From an uncultured virus (IMG/VR IMGVR_UViG_3300018412_000011) (taxonomy: Duplodnaviria; Heunggongvirae; Uroviricota; Caudoviricetes): 64,000 nucleotides of DNA. A program made the position numbers and the translations under genes. How positions within the stretch are numbered: position 1 is the stretch's first letter; each line of letters begins with the position of its first letter. The stretch lies in the IMG/VR virus record IMGVR_UViG_3300018412_000011; one strand, given 5' to 3'. The notes beneath the pieces were generated by a model. That model had not been told where the DNA came from and searched no databases. It saw only the letters and a list, made by a program, of their open reading frames with translations. This document shows positions 27,287 to 37,646 of the stretch, piece after piece.

Positions 27287-28969
27287 TTAATCAATCATTT
27301 CAAAATCTAAAGCATCCATTTCATATACTCCTCCCCATCCAAGAGATTGAGGGAATGAACAATAAATATTACATGTTTGCCCTTCTAAATTCGGAGAAAA
27401 TTTTTCATTAAATGTTTTGAATTTTAATGGACAATTCATTCCATTTTGAGACAATTCAAATTTTAACAAAGACCAACCGTTCCCTTCAATAAGATCACAA
27501 TTATGTACCGTAACATTTTTTAGACAAAATATGGGAGCAGGATTGTTATCTTGACAAAATGGGTAAAGATATTCATTAATAATTTCACAATTCTTGTCTG
27601 TTACTGCTTTTAATTTCAAAGTTGTGTCGTAATGTTTTACTTCTTCAACTTGTATGTTGTTTTCCTCATAATATTCTTTGCAAGCCTTATTGAATTCTTT
27701 GTTTGCTTTAGTTAGCCATTGAGGATCTAAAGCAACCCCAACCGCAGCACTATGCCCTCCATAATTTGTAAAAATATGAGAACACTTATCCAATATTTTT
27801 TTAATATCAACCCCTGGGATTGATCTGCCCGACCCTTTGAATAAATCTTTATTCTTGCCAATAACCAAAACTGGTTTGTGATATTTTTCCACAACTCTAG
27901 AAGCAACAATTCCAACAACTCCGATATGCCAAGAATCATCAACAGCTAAAATGCCATATGGATAATTTCCGTGTTGAATGTACCCATCAATTTCTTTTTC
28001 AATTTTTCTTTGGATATGTTTTCTTTCATTATTAAAATTCATCGCATATTTAATAATTTGTTGAGATTGAACAATGTCTTTTTCAATCATCATTCCATAA
28101 GCGATGTTGGCTTCCCCAATTCTTCCAATGGCATTAATACGAGGGGCAATTTTAAAAGAGATATCATTTTGGGTAAGTTTATTAGGATCAATTTTCAACT
28201 CTTTTAACAATTGGCTAAAGCCAGCGGAAACAATATGATCAATGGAGAATTTTTTTAATCCGTTGGAAACAATAATTCTGTTGTTTTCAATAACAGGGGA
28301 GCAGTCAGCAATAATGCCCAATGCAGCATAAGTTAAAAATTCAATAGGGGCTATTTGACTGTTCTTTTTAAACAAGCCTCTTACAAAGTGGTAAATTTGA
28401 ACGGTGGTACACATTTCATGACAGTTAGATAAATGCCATGAAATAACAACATCCGCATTAGAGGAAAATAATTCTTGATCAATTAAATGATGATCTATGA
28501 TAATAACTTTTTGAACCCCATAATCTTTTAATTCTTGAACTTCCTTTTTATTATTTGATCCACAATCAACAACAAATAATAATTCTGGAGGTTCATTACC
28601 GAACTTATCTTTAAAAGCTTGAACAGTATTTGAGTTTAAACCATAACCGTGTTCCAACCGCGAAGGGACAATTGACTTACAATTTAATCCAAATACAAGA
28701 CAAATTTCATTAATCATGGTATTACTTATGACTCCATCGACATCATAATCTGAAATAACTCCAATATTGCCCTTATTTTTAGCAACTTCTAAAAATAAAC
28801 TCGTGCCTTCATCAACCCCATGTAAATCAAACGGACTCATTAAATGTTCATAATCCGCATCAAGGGACTCAATAGATCTAGAAGCTAAAAGTCTAGCAAT
28901 AATTCTATTGTGTCCATTTTTTAATTCCAATTTTTCTTTTTCTTTATCAATTTCTTTTGGTTTCCACAT
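27287..28969 (-). CDS. recJ: Single-stranded DNA exonuclease RecJ
   Basis: DYDVDG, R..HGYGL, VDCG, IDHH, APRINA.GR, GVVGIVASR, GSGRS, YGGH.AA.G. Confidence 0.95.
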   Translation of the reverse strand: MWKPKEIDKEKEKLELKNGHNRIIARLLASRSIESLDADYEHLMSPFDLHGVDEGTSLFLEVAKNKGNIGVISDYDVDGVISNTMINEICLVFGLNCKSIVPSRLEHGYGLNSNTVQAFKDKFGNEPPELLFVVDCGSNNKKEVQELKDYGVQKVIIIDHHLIDQELFSSNADVVISWHLSNCHEMCTTVQIYHFVRGLFKKNSQIAPIEFLTYAALGIIADCSPVIENNRIIVSNGLKKFSIDHIVSAGFSQLLKELKIDPNKLTQNDISFKIAPRINAIGRIGEANIAYGMMIEKDIVQSQQIIKYAMNFNNERKHIQRKIEKEIDGYIQHGNYPYGILAVDDSWHIGVVGIVASRVVEKYHKPVLVIGKNKDLFKGSGRSIPGVDIKKILDKCSHIFTNYGGHSAAVGVALDPQWLTKANKEFNKACKEYYEENNIQVEEVKHYDTTLKLKAVTDKNCEIINEYLYPFCQDNNPAPIFCLKNVTVHNCDLIEGNGWSLLKFELSQNGMNCPLKFKTFNEKFSPNLEGQTCNIYCSFPQSLGWGGVYEMDALDFEMID

Positions 28970-29208
28970 AATATTTAAAAATTATAAGATGTTATCTATT
29001 CTTTTCCCATTTTTTCATATACAACTTTTCGGCAACTACAAATTTCCTTTTTCCTAGTTCCTCTACGGGTTCGGGATGCAACAATTCATTCATTTATTCT
29101 AAAGTTGGATCATAAAGATCATAAAGAATATAATCGCCTTCCTCTGATTCTCTGAATGAGATTTCCAATTTTAATTTTATTTTTTCTTTCATAATGTATA
29201 ATACATAC

Positions 29209-29505
29209 ATGAAATATCGTTCGAAATTAAGGAAGAACAAAAACAAATCAGGAAAGATACCTTGCGAGATTTGTGGAGAATGCACTTATCTTCAGTCCCA
29301 TCACATTGAAGGCAGAGATATTCATAAAGCAAATGATGGACATAATATAGCTGACATTTGTTCCAATTGTCATGAGAAAATTCATAGGGGAGACATCATT
29401 GTTGAAGGTCGATTCATGACTACCCAAGGAAATGAACTTTTTTGGCACTATAAAAATGAAAAATCTTTTACTGGACAAAAGAAAAAAACATACCTTAAAC
29501 AATAG
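29209..29505 (+). CDS. Small HNH endonuclease
   Basis: CEICG...HHI...N...C.NCH..IH. Start reassigned to ATG 29209, 6 nt after TGTATAAT. Confidence 0.8.
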   Translation: MKYRSKLRKNKNKSGKIPCEICGECTYLQSHHIEGRDIHKANDGHNIADICSNCHEKIHRGDIIVEGRFMTTQGNELFWHYKNEKSFTGQKKKTYLKQ

Positions 29506-29746
29506 TGTAGGGAACGTTCGCGAAATGCAAAATTTCTAAAAAAAATTTCATCCTTCTTTTGGGGGCAGAATAAAAACGATAACCGTTTTTTTCTTCTATT
29601 GTTATCCCATATTGTTTAGAAAGAGTACTCAAATTTCCTAGAGTACTTCCATATTTTTTGAACCTGCGATCCAATAAAGTATTATCAATTGGATAGTTAC
29701 AACATAACGTTATTATTTCAGAGCTCATGCTATTGTTTTTCAACAA
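29495..29746 (-). CDS. Hypothetical protein
   Basis: ORF track. Confidence 0.45.
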   Translation of the reverse strand: MLKNNSMSSEIITLCCNYPIDNTLLDRRFKKYGSTLGNLSTLSKQYGITIEEKNGYRFYSAPKRRMKFFLEILHFANVPYTIV

Positions 29747-29750
29747 AAAA

Positions 29751-29776
29751 AGGAGGATTTCCTCTATTTTTTGAAT
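29751..29776 (+). promoter_or_regulatory. SigH-like promoter AGGA-N18-GAAT upstream of clpP
   Basis: Recurrent motif; ATG 8 nt after GAAT. Confidence 0.45.
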
Positions 29777-29784
29777 TATGAAGT

Positions 29785-30405
29785 ATGAACGCTTCAGGTA
29801 ACGAGTTAAATTATTCTCAAGAAGACTTGCATCGTCTTTATGAATGGGGGTTAGATACTTTTACTAGAACTCTTTATATTAACAGTTCAGTATCTTATCC
29901 TGAAGAATCGGGAGTGGATTCCTCAATGGCTACTAATGTATCAAAAGGGCTAAGGGTTTTAGAGAATATTGATAAAAAATCTATGGAGGGGAATAACCCC
30001 ATTAACATCATATTAAATACGGATGGGGGCTCTGTTACTCATGGTATGGCTATTTATGATTCTATTAAATCTTGTAAAAACTTCGTTAGCATTCAAGTAA
30101 TAGGAAATGCAATGTCAATGGGAAGTATTATTTTACAAGCCGCTGATTGTAGAAAAATGAGTGAAAACGCAAAATTTATGATGCACTATGGAAGTTTTTA
30201 TTATGCGGGGAATTCAATTGCAGCTTCTAGTTGGACAGAAACAAACCAAAAAGATAATATTTGGATGGAGAACTTATTTTTAAACATCATAAAAGAAAAA
30301 AACTCGAAATTTACAAGAAAAAAACTCAAAGAATATTTGAATTCAGATAAAATATTCACCGCAGAAGAAGCACTAGAATTTAATTTAATTGACGAAATTA
30401 TTTAA
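29785..30405 (+). CDS. clpP: ClpP-like serine protease
   Basis: LNTDGGSV..G.AIYD, AMSMG (Ser), MMH (His), D..FTAEEALE..LID. Confidence 0.9.
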   Translation: MNASGNELNYSQEDLHRLYEWGLDTFTRTLYINSSVSYPEESGVDSSMATNVSKGLRVLENIDKKSMEGNNPINIILNTDGGSVTHGMAIYDSIKSCKNFVSIQVIGNAMSMGSIILQAADCRKMSENAKFMMHYGSFYYAGNSIAASSWTETNQKDNIWMENLFLNIIKEKNSKFTRKKLKEYLNSDKIFTAEEALEFNLIDEII

Positions 30406-31085
30406 ATTTTATACTCCCCCAATTCTTTACATGGTTTACTTAACCCTTGGGCATTAATATCAAAATTAATTTTTATAAGTTTTGCATCTTCCCACTTAAA
30501 TTCTTCTATTTTTTTTGTGATTATAGGGTTTGCTTCTTCTTTTAATTTCTTTTTAATGTTAGATAAAAAATAAGAAGAATTATTAACAACGTTTATAATA
30601 TCATTTATGTTTATTTTCAATTCTTCGGGATAACCAATCTGTTGCAATAAATCTTTAGACAAAGACATCACCTTAAATTGCTTCGTTGTTTTTACAATAG
30701 TTGTTTCCCCTAAACTTTTCTTTTCTCGAAAACAAAATAATCTACAAGTAATAGTTAAATCACTTTCTTTTGGAGCTTTAAATTTAGGTATGTTTAGTTT
30801 TTTAGCAACAATATCATAAATATCATGGGACAAATGCCATCTGTTATGATAATCTAATGGTAAACACGTTATTATATCTTCGTTACTAGAATCTTGAATA
30901 ATAACAAATAATTCTTTATCTAATTCGCTATAGATAATTTTATGGGTATGATTTAATTGATTATCCTCTCCAATAGGATAATATTTATCTTTTAATAATT
31001 TTTCTACAACTTCTTCAACAAATAAAGAAGTTCGTTCCTCTATTCGTTCTTTAGCATGATCTGTGATTTCCATTTCAATTAACAA
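30402..31085 (-). CDS. Hypothetical protein
   Basis: ORF with an N-terminal TDHAKERI.ER motif. Confidence 0.55.
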   Translation of the reverse strand: MLIEMEITDHAKERIEERTSLFVEEVVEKLLKDKYYPIGEDNQLNHTHKIIYSELDKELFVIIQDSSNEDIITCLPLDYHNRWHLSHDIYDIVAKKLNIPKFKAPKESDLTITCRLFCFREKKSLGETTIVKTTKQFKVMSLSKDLLQQIGYPEELKININDIINVVNNSSYFLSNIKKKLKEEANPIITKKIEEFKWEDAKLIKINFDINAQGLSKPCKELGEYKI

Positions 31086-32040
31086 AATCGTATAAGGTTT
31101 TGTGCTCAGGTTGAAAAATATTTTTTAAAATAGCTTGAACCACATTAACTGTAATACTATTTCCAAGCATAAATCCTATTTGGTTTGTAGAAAAACCATT
31201 TTCCTTCAAAAGAGGTCCATATTCTCTTTTAAATCCTTGTAAAGCAAAATATTCGCTATCTGTTAGTATTCTATATCCTTTTGCATCCTTAATAAAATTT
31301 TGGGGATTTGTTCTAGTCCCTTGCTTAGTAGTCATGCAAACAAGAACATCTGCATTTACACTACTGTATTTTTTTTGAAGACGAAATTCATTGAAATAAA
31401 CATATTGTTTTTCCTTAACATAAAACTCATCAGGAATTTCTCCTTTTTGATAAAAATCAGAAGCGAAATTTTCAAGAGGAACGGGCTCAGGGAATTGAAA
31501 TTCCGAATCGACATCTTTTCTAATGGATACTATAAAAACTCTATTGCGACTTTGAGGGATGCCATAATCTTTGGAATTTAATACTTGCACATAAGAGTTA
31601 TATCCGATTTCTTCTAAAAGTTCAATCATTTTGCTAAAATTAGATGCCATTTTTTTAGAAACCAAAGCTTTAACATTTTCAGCAATCATATATTTTGGTT
31701 TTTTATATTTGGCAATGCGCATAGCATCAAAAAATAATCCACTTCTTGTAAGATTCCCATTTTCATCAAAAAAACCTTTTTGGTCTCCTAACACAGAAAT
31801 GTCTTGGCAAGGAAAACCATACGTCATCAAATTGAAATCGGAAATTTTCGTTTCATCAACTTTAGTAATATCTCCAAGATTTTTACTAATAGGTTCGTTA
31901 TGAATGAGAGAATAAGCTTTAGCTATACTGTCTTTATATTCAGAATAATTAACTAATTCATATTCATACCCAAGATTATCTAGGGCTTCTTCAAAAGCCC
32001 CAACTCCGCTGAAAAGACTAAGTAGTTTGATTTTTTCCAT
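31075..32040 (-). CDS. DNA (cytosine-5) methyltransferase
   Basis: LFSGVG, GDI, GFPCQ, ENV, PQSR.R, GNS. Confidence 0.95.
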   Translation of the reverse strand: MEKIKLLSLFSGVGAFEEALDNLGYEYELVNYSEYKDSIAKAYSLIHNEPISKNLGDITKVDETKISDFNLMTYGFPCQDISVLGDQKGFFDENGNLTRSGLFFDAMRIAKYKKPKYMIAENVKALVSKKMASNFSKMIELLEEIGYNSYVQVLNSKDYGIPQSRNRVFIVSIRKDVDSEFQFPEPVPLENFASDFYQKGEIPDEFYVKEKQYVYFNEFRLQKKYSSVNADVLVCMTTKQGTRTNPQNFIKDAKGYRILTDSEYFALQGFKREYGPLLKENGFSTNQIGFMLGNSITVNVVQAILKNIFQPEHKTLYDFVN

Positions 32041-32046
32041 TTTGCG

Positions 32047-32074
32047 AAGATACCATGCAATTAAGGAAAGTCAA
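32047..32074 (-). promoter_or_regulatory. Promoter TTGACT-N16-TATCTT, 6 nt before the methylase ATG
   Basis: Read directly from sequence. Confidence 0.7.
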
Positions 32075-32075
32075 T

Positions 32076-33128
32076 TTAAATTTTACTTTCTTTCATTCCA
32101 CCATAGGAAAGGATAATGAATCGCGCTTTTTGTTTAAACTCTTCCATATTGCTTGCTCCAGAATAAGAAAAAGAAGATTGCAAATTTTCGTGTATTTTTC
32201 TGAAAATATATTTAACATGCCCTCTGAATGGGATCGTTGTTGTCATACCTTCGACAAATTTCTTTTCATTGCCATTTGCTGTTTTCTCTTCGGCAGATGC
32301 AGAACCCGCCATAACCTTGTAATATTGACCATCTTTATTTTCAAAAACATGACCAGGAGTTTCACTAGTTCCTGCCAACATGGTTCCCAACATAACCGCA
32401 TCAGCATAAACCAAAGATTTTGCGATATGTCCTGTTGTTTTCATACCTCCATCAGCAATTATTCCTACATCTGACCTGATTCCGCATTCTTCAAAAGCAT
32501 AATGGATTTCTTCCAGTATTGACAATTGAGGTACTCCTGCGCCCGTATTCTCCCTTGTTTGACACATCGCGCCTGGACCAATTCCACACTTTACGATGCT
32601 TGCCCCCCATTCAACTAAATCTCTTGCAGCTTCCACACTTGCAATATTCCCTGCAATAATGATAGTTGCATCTTTTTTGTTTTCTTTCATAAATTGAAGC
32701 ATTTCTTTCATTTTTCTGCAATGTCCATGAGCGATATCAATACAAAAAAGTCTTGCCCCTTTATCTTGCAATCTTAAAAAGCGTTCTCTGTCTTCTTTAT
32801 TTACTCCAACAGAAACCCCCACTTTATGCGTTTCATCACAATTTTCTGTTTTTTCAAGAATTTTTCTAATGCCACAAAATTCTTCTTCAGCATCAACAAT
32901 GGATTTAAAACGATGAAGAATTCCAATCCCCCCATGTCTAGCCAATTCAAGAGCCATATTTTCTCCCGTAACATGCTTCATATTAGCCGAAAAAACAGGC
33001 AATTCCATTTTTAATCCAGCAAATTCACTTGCAATTGATATTTGACTTCGACTATCTCCCTCAAAATAATTGGGTTGAAACATTACATCGTCAAAAGTCA
33101 AATATTCTTTAGCGTTTTCTAGTCTCAT
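32076..33128 (-). CDS. IMP dehydrogenase / GMP reductase family (no CBS domains)
   Basis: LTFDDV, SANM, GGIGILHR, DIAHGH, IAGN, GIGPGAMCQTR, IADGG, LAG..E.PG, VEG. Confidence 0.92.
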   Translation of the reverse strand: MRLENAKEYLTFDDVMFQPNYFEGDSRSQISIASEFAGLKMELPVFSANMKHVTGENMALELARHGGIGILHRFKSIVDAEEEFCGIRKILEKTENCDETHKVGVSVGVNKEDRERFLRLQDKGARLFCIDIAHGHCRKMKEMLQFMKENKKDATIIIAGNIASVEAARDLVEWGASIVKCGIGPGAMCQTRENTGAGVPQLSILEEIHYAFEECGIRSDVGIIADGGMKTTGHIAKSLVYADAVMLGTMLAGTSETPGHVFENKDGQYYKVMAGSASAEEKTANGNEKKFVEGMTTTIPFRGHVKYIFRKIHENLQSSFSYSGASNMEEFKQKARFIILSYGGMKESKI

Positions 33129-33206
33129 TTTTTTCCTTTTATTTGCGTTGGTTTAGAACAAGTATTATTCCGTGAATGCTAAATAATACATTCCGTGCAT
33201 GGAATG

Positions 33207-33977
33207 TTAATTAGATTTTCCAATATTTTGCAAATCACCCAATAAGTTCTTAATAGCTTCTTGGACTTCAGGCTTCCCTTGATTATCTACAATAGCCCTA
33301 TTAAAAATCTTAACAAACTCTTCTGTTGGCAAATAAATCAAATCCCCCTCTCCTAACATTTCCCCTAAAATACTTGCCCTCAATTTACAAAGACTTTCTA
33401 GTCTAGCAACCAACTTCGTAGTTTCAGCGCTTTTAAGCTTCGCAATATCTGCTTTTGTTTCATTTCCAGAAGGAGTAATGCTGTTGACATTTAAAATATT
33501 TTCTGTTATCATAGAACTCATCATTGCGATTTGATCCAAGGTAGAGAGCCCATCTTTTTTAATAGATTTAATTCTTGTAGTATACTCTCTTCTTTGAATT
33601 TCGGCAATACTAGAGTGACCCAAATGATTAACCATATGATTTTCAATAACAAAAGTAGAAGGAACTTTCTTAGTCCCCTTTTCTTCGAAAACTTTAACCA
33701 CAGCAGAAACCATTCTAGTAGACAACCAAGCCTCTTCTAATTCTTCTCTATAGGGAGATTTGCAGATTGAACAACTTGGTTCGACAAAAACTCCGTCTTC
33801 TCCAATATTGACTCCACTTTCTAATACCTCATCTATTTCTGAGGCACCATTAGAAATTACCACATCATTGGCTTCTACTTCTTGTATTTCAGAAGCATTT
33901 TCTTGGGGGTTTTCCAAAGGTGTTGTGTTGTCCTCAAAATCATCTTCAAAATCAGAAGGATCTTCAAAACCTGGCAT
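33207..33977 (-). CDS. Hypothetical protein with acidic N-terminus and a CxxC...HxxxH zinc-finger-like motif
   Basis: CSIC...NHMVNH. Start ATG 33977 is coupled (TAATG) to an upstream mini-ORF. Confidence 0.6.
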   Translation of the reverse strand: MPGFEDPSDFEDDFEDNTTPLENPQENASEIQEVEANDVVISNGASEIDEVLESGVNIGEDGVFVEPSCSICKSPYREELEEAWLSTRMVSAVVKVFEEKGTKKVPSTFVIENHMVNHLGHSSIAEIQRREYTTRIKSIKKDGLSTLDQIAMMSSMITENILNVNSITPSGNETKADIAKLKSAETTKLVARLESLCKLRASILGEMLGEGDLIYLPTEEFVKIFNRAIVDNQGKPEVQEAIKNLLGDLQNIGKSN

Positions 33978-34081
33978 TAAAACATCTCCCAAACGATTGC
34001 CCAAACAATATAACAAATGCTTTCTTGTATTGGATACAACATCAAATAAACTTCTAGAGTTTTCTGCTTTATTTTATTCAT
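33977..34081 (-). CDS. 34-aa hydrophobic mini-protein
   Basis: MNKIKQKTLEVYLMLYPIQESICYIVWAIVWEMF. ATG lies 6 nt after GTATAAT; the stop overlaps the next ATG. Confidence 0.45.
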   Translation of the reverse strand: MNKIKQKTLEVYLMLYPIQESICYIVWAIVWEMF

Positions 34082-34111
34082 AAAACTATTATACCAAATA
34101 ACAACCAAATA

Positions 34112-34378
34112 TTAAGATCTTTTCATTTTATCTTGAACAACTAAATCATGAGCAATGTTTTTTAAAAGTCCTGATAAAGTATTAGGTCTGCTATCATATA
34201 ATAGGTCGTAAAAATCTTCTATTTGATCTTCTGGTAATTGGATATGATGGGACTTAGCAAAAATTTGAATAGCATCCATTACATCTTTAGCTTCGGATCT
34301 TTTACTAGACATCACAATCAAATCATCCACATTATTAAGTAGAGTTATAATAGATTGTATGTCTTCTGATAGTTCCAT
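34112..34378 (-). CDS. Hypothetical protein
   Basis: 88-aa ORF with SD. Confidence 0.55.
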   Translation of the reverse strand: MELSEDIQSIITLLNNVDDLIVMSSKRSEAKDVMDAIQIFAKSHHIQLPEDQIEDFYDLLYDSRPNTLSGLLKNIAHDLVVQDKMKRS

Positions 34379-34383
34379 AAAAT

Positions 34384-34824
34384 TTACTCCTCAAGATCTA
34401 GACGATCAACTGAAATAATATGGTCGAAATCTACAAATAAGTCAGCTTCATCTAATGTTTCTGAAACTTTGGTCCAAGCTTCTTCTTCAGATGAAGCATA
34501 TATATTTCTTTCGATATCAAATGAACTCCAAACTCTTCCGTTTACATCTTCAAATGAATAACTATATTCGTAGAGTCCATCCTTAGATTGGCTTTTGGCT
34601 TTTTGAATAAAGCATAAGGCAGCTTCTCTATTTATTCCTTCTTCAATTATCAAAAGCTCAGAACATTCTTCTTCACTTAATCCATCCCACAAGTATTCTG
34701 ATGTTTTTGTTAAAATATCTTTTTGTTCTTGCAATAAATTTTCAGCTTGCTTACGTAAAGATTGATGTAAAGATTTAGCAAAGTCTGAACTTTGCATTTC
34801 CCTTTTTGATAATTGTTTTTTCAT
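34384..34824 (-). CDS. Hypothetical protein
   Basis: 146-aa ORF. Confidence 0.6.
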   Translation of the reverse strand: MKKQLSKREMQSSDFAKSLHQSLRKQAENLLQEQKDILTKTSEYLWDGLSEEECSELLIIEEGINREAALCFIQKAKSQSKDGLYEYSYSFEDVNGRVWSSFDIERNIYASSEEEAWTKVSETLDEADLFVDFDHIISVDRLDLEE

Positions 34825-34837
34825 AATCTAAATAAAA

Positions 34838-35812
34838 TTAATTTTCTAATATTGGAAAGTCATCGTTGATATCTTGTTCTAGATCATCATCTTCATTTCC
34901 TTTATTATTTATAATTTTATTCGATATTTCATCTTCAAGAACCTTTTCTTTTTCTTCTTCTTCTTCTTCTTTTTCTTTTTCTTCTTTTTCACTGCTTTCT
35001 TCATTATTAAAAAAAGAATTTTTAGGTTGCCCTCCAAGAGTTTCTTCTAAATCCCAAGAAATTTGATAACTATCTTCTAAAGATTTATCAATCCACCTGC
35101 CTCTTTCATATTTTTTGACAGATAGTTTTCCCCCATTTGGAGTGTAAATATAATCTAAAGCCTCGTTGCCTTCCCAATTTTCAGAAAATACTTCACCCTC
35201 TACTTTGTATTGAATTTGAGCTCCTTTATCATAACCTTCAAAAACAACTAAAATACCAAAATCATTTCCCTCTTCAAGAAGATTAATCTCAAGAATACTT
35301 CCAGCTTTATAACACCTTTTTGTAGTCTCAATTACCTTGTCTATATTTTCAAATATATCAGGATTTGCAAGTCCCGACACATGATCAATAGGATCAAACT
35401 CTTCTACAACCCCTCCAATTGTTTTTATGGTATTCCCAAGCCTATTAATATTTTCAATTGTAGTATTTGCTAATGATGAATTAAAATCTAAAGATTCAAA
35501 TGTATCAATTAAACTTTCATGAATAGAATAGAGCTCCATTAAAACATTTTCAACTGAAACATCTTCAGGAAGTTTAACTCTTTTTGATGAACGATTGCTA
35601 GTTGAAGAGGGAACATAGGATGACTCTCTTTCAATAGTATCACCATGATTGTCAATTTCACTTTCAATTTCTCTAACTTTATTAGGATCAACTTGTATTT
35701 TGCCCTTTAATCCTTCCCAAATCATATCAGCTCCATTTTGAACTTGATCAAAGCCCTCTTCTTTTCCTCCTATCAAATCCGCAAGCCTTTCTTGTTCACT
35801 TTTGTATGCCAT
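34838..35812 (-). CDS. Hypothetical highly acidic protein
   Basis: 324-aa ORF with GGAG SD. Confidence 0.65.
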   Translation of the reverse strand: MAYKSEQERLADLIGGKEEGFDQVQNGADMIWEGLKGKIQVDPNKVREIESEIDNHGDTIERESSYVPSSTSNRSSKRVKLPEDVSVENVLMELYSIHESLIDTFESLDFNSSLANTTIENINRLGNTIKTIGGVVEEFDPIDHVSGLANPDIFENIDKVIETTKRCYKAGSILEINLLEEGNDFGILVVFEGYDKGAQIQYKVEGEVFSENWEGNEALDYIYTPNGGKLSVKKYERGRWIDKSLEDSYQISWDLEETLGGQPKNSFFNNEESSEKEEKEKEEEEEEKEKVLEDEISNKIINNKGNEDDDLEQDINDDFPILEN

Positions 35813-35850
35813 AGTAATTCTCCAATTAATTATTTTGTATTATACAACAA

Positions 35851-36108
35851 TTAATCTATTTTTAAGTCAAGAGAACCACAATTTGGGCATCCATCTCTAT
35901 TGACTTGAGAATCATATATTAAAAGGGACGACCAAATCATACCACAATTTTTACATGTGACACAAGAAGATTCATAATTTTTTTTATCTTCGATTGTGGC
36001 TTGAATGAATGCTGTTGCATCATCTGTAATGGGTCTTCCCTTGGGGGTCATCCCCAAAGCAATTTGTTTGTTTAATTCTTCTATACAGTGCTTTATTTTC
36101 ATAAACAT
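35851..36108 (-). CDS. Zn-ribbon protein
   Basis: CKNCG...CPNCGS. Confidence 0.6.
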   Translation of the reverse strand: MFMKIKHCIEELNKQIALGMTPKGRPITDDATAFIQATIEDKKNYESSCVTCKNCGMIWSSLLIYDSQVNRDGCPNCGSLDLKID

Positions 36109-36110
36109 TA

Positions 36111-36165
36111 ATTCAACAAATAAAGCTTAAACCCTTTAAAGGAATATCTATATTTTTTGAAGAAT
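36111..36165. promoter_or_regulatory. Back-to-back SigH-like promoters (minus: AGGG-N17-GAAT; plus: AGGA-N18-GAAT)
   Basis: Read directly in the divergent intergenic region. Confidence 0.5.
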
Positions 36166-36202
36166 AATCAAAAATGTTAGGAATCAGAAAACCGTTACTA
36201 AG

Positions 36203-36664
36203 ATGTCTGAAAAAAATAAAACAGAATTAAAAGAAATATTTCGAAAAAGAAAGTTTTTGTTAGAATCAAGTTGTCATCATTTAATAGATTCGTTTGCAAA
36301 CAAAAAAACATTAGGGGTGGCTGACCCTAGTGCAAGTGGCGTGGAAGCAGACATTTTAACAATTGGAATTGATACTAGTAATAATGTGTGGATTAAAATA
36401 GGAGAAAATGACACTAATTGGGTAAAATTATCTGTAGGGGACAATTCTTTTTATTCTAATTCCTTTGATGAATTAGATTTGAGTTCAGGGTTAATTACGT
36501 TTACTCATAATTTTGGGAATCAATTTAACATTGTACAAGTTTATGATGAAAACAACCAACTCATCATCCCTGATGAAATAACTTCGACAGATGAAAACAA
36601 CACTCAAATAGATTTAAGCAGTTTTTCTCCGCTCTCAGGAACATGGAATATAATAATTAAATAA
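36203..36664 (+). CDS. Putative virion structural / tail-fibre-associated protein
   Basis: THNFG....VQVYD beta-rich motif and IK.G....W motif, as seen in phage tail proteins. Confidence 0.45.
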   Translation: MSEKNKTELKEIFRKRKFLLESSCHHLIDSFANKKTLGVADPSASGVEADILTIGIDTSNNVWIKIGENDTNWVKLSVGDNSFYSNSFDELDLSSGLITFTHNFGNQFNIVQVYDENNQLIIPDEITSTDENNTQIDLSSFSPLSGTWNIIIK

Positions 36665-36668
36665 CATT

Positions 36669-37622
36669 ATGAAATTTGGAAAACTTATAATAAAAAATTT
36701 AGTTGGTTCTGAAAAAGTAACCGAAGTAAATGAAAACGGGGAATTAAATGCAAGTGGAAATGCTATATCTGCATTTGCCAATACAACTAAAGAATCTGTA
36801 TTTACAGATGTAGTTTATGCCTCAGGGCTAAAAGTTTTGACAGGATATGATGAGAATACAATCCCCTTTTCTGAACTAGACGACATTGATGATTGGAGGA
36901 GAGGATATATCACAAACGATTATTCTCTTCTTGAAAGTGGAACTGCATATAATGATGAAGCAAGATCGGTTTTCCAATGGCCAGGAACTGGTGATGTAAG
37001 CAGTAATTCTAATCTCAATGCCACATATCAATTAGGAGAGTATAGTCGAGTTCGTATTCCTTCGGGCTTTTCTTTTGATACTATCTTATTTAAATATGAA
37101 GCTGATTTGGTTAACAGCGTACATTTTTATGGGACAAATACTTATACTGAAAGCGACATTCGAGTTTGGGATAATTTTTGCACTTTAGAAAACGAATCAT
37201 TGCCTTTTTCAAATACAACAATACAAATTGATTTAGAAGAAGTTACTTATACCAATATATTAGTGAATGTAAGAGGCACAGATTCTTCAACCCACCTAGG
37301 ATGTAAATTTTTTAAAGCTAATGCCGCCCAAGGAATTAATGTTTCTAATCTGAAATATAAAAATGATAGTTCTACTATTTTGTATGAACAAAATAGTGTT
37401 TTTTTTGATTATGCAACTCCTGGGACTGGCAACATCAGTCAAAGTTTAACGAATGCAAATGAAGGAGTTGTTGCAAAAATATATCACAACGATTCATCTG
37501 AACCAAGTTATCCTGCGAATTGGGTTTTAATAGGCGGAGGAACTTATCAAACAAACACTTTAAATATTATAACAGCAGAATATGTTGATGACTCTAGAAT
37601 TGAATATAGAATAGAACAATAA
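36669..37622 (+). CDS. Putative virion structural protein
   Basis: Ser/Thr/Asn-rich and beta-rich; C-terminal .YPANW..IGG...N.I motif like tail-fibre C-terminal domains. Confidence 0.45.
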   Translation: MKFGKLIIKNLVGSEKVTEVNENGELNASGNAISAFANTTKESVFTDVVYASGLKVLTGYDENTIPFSELDDIDDWRRGYITNDYSLLESGTAYNDEARSVFQWPGTGDVSSNSNLNATYQLGEYSRVRIPSGFSFDTILFKYEADLVNSVHFYGTNTYTESDIRVWDNFCTLENESLPFSNTTIQIDLEEVTYTNILVNVRGTDSSTHLGCKFFKANAAQGINVSNLKYKNDSSTILYEQNSVFFDYATPGTGNISQSLTNANEGVVAKIYHNDSSEPSYPANWVLIGGGTYQTNTLNIITAEYVDDSRIEYRIEQ

Positions 37623-37646
37623 ATAAAAATTATTGTATAATAAAAA

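Noticed and set aside
31075..32040. CpG-specific (SssI-like) methylase assignment
   Set aside because: The TY.FPCQD...TRSGL segment is shared by many C5 methylases, so specificity cannot be read from it.
33207..33977. Terminase small subunit
   Set aside because: The CxxC...HxxxH pattern is suggestive only, and no large subunit is nearby; left as hypothetical.
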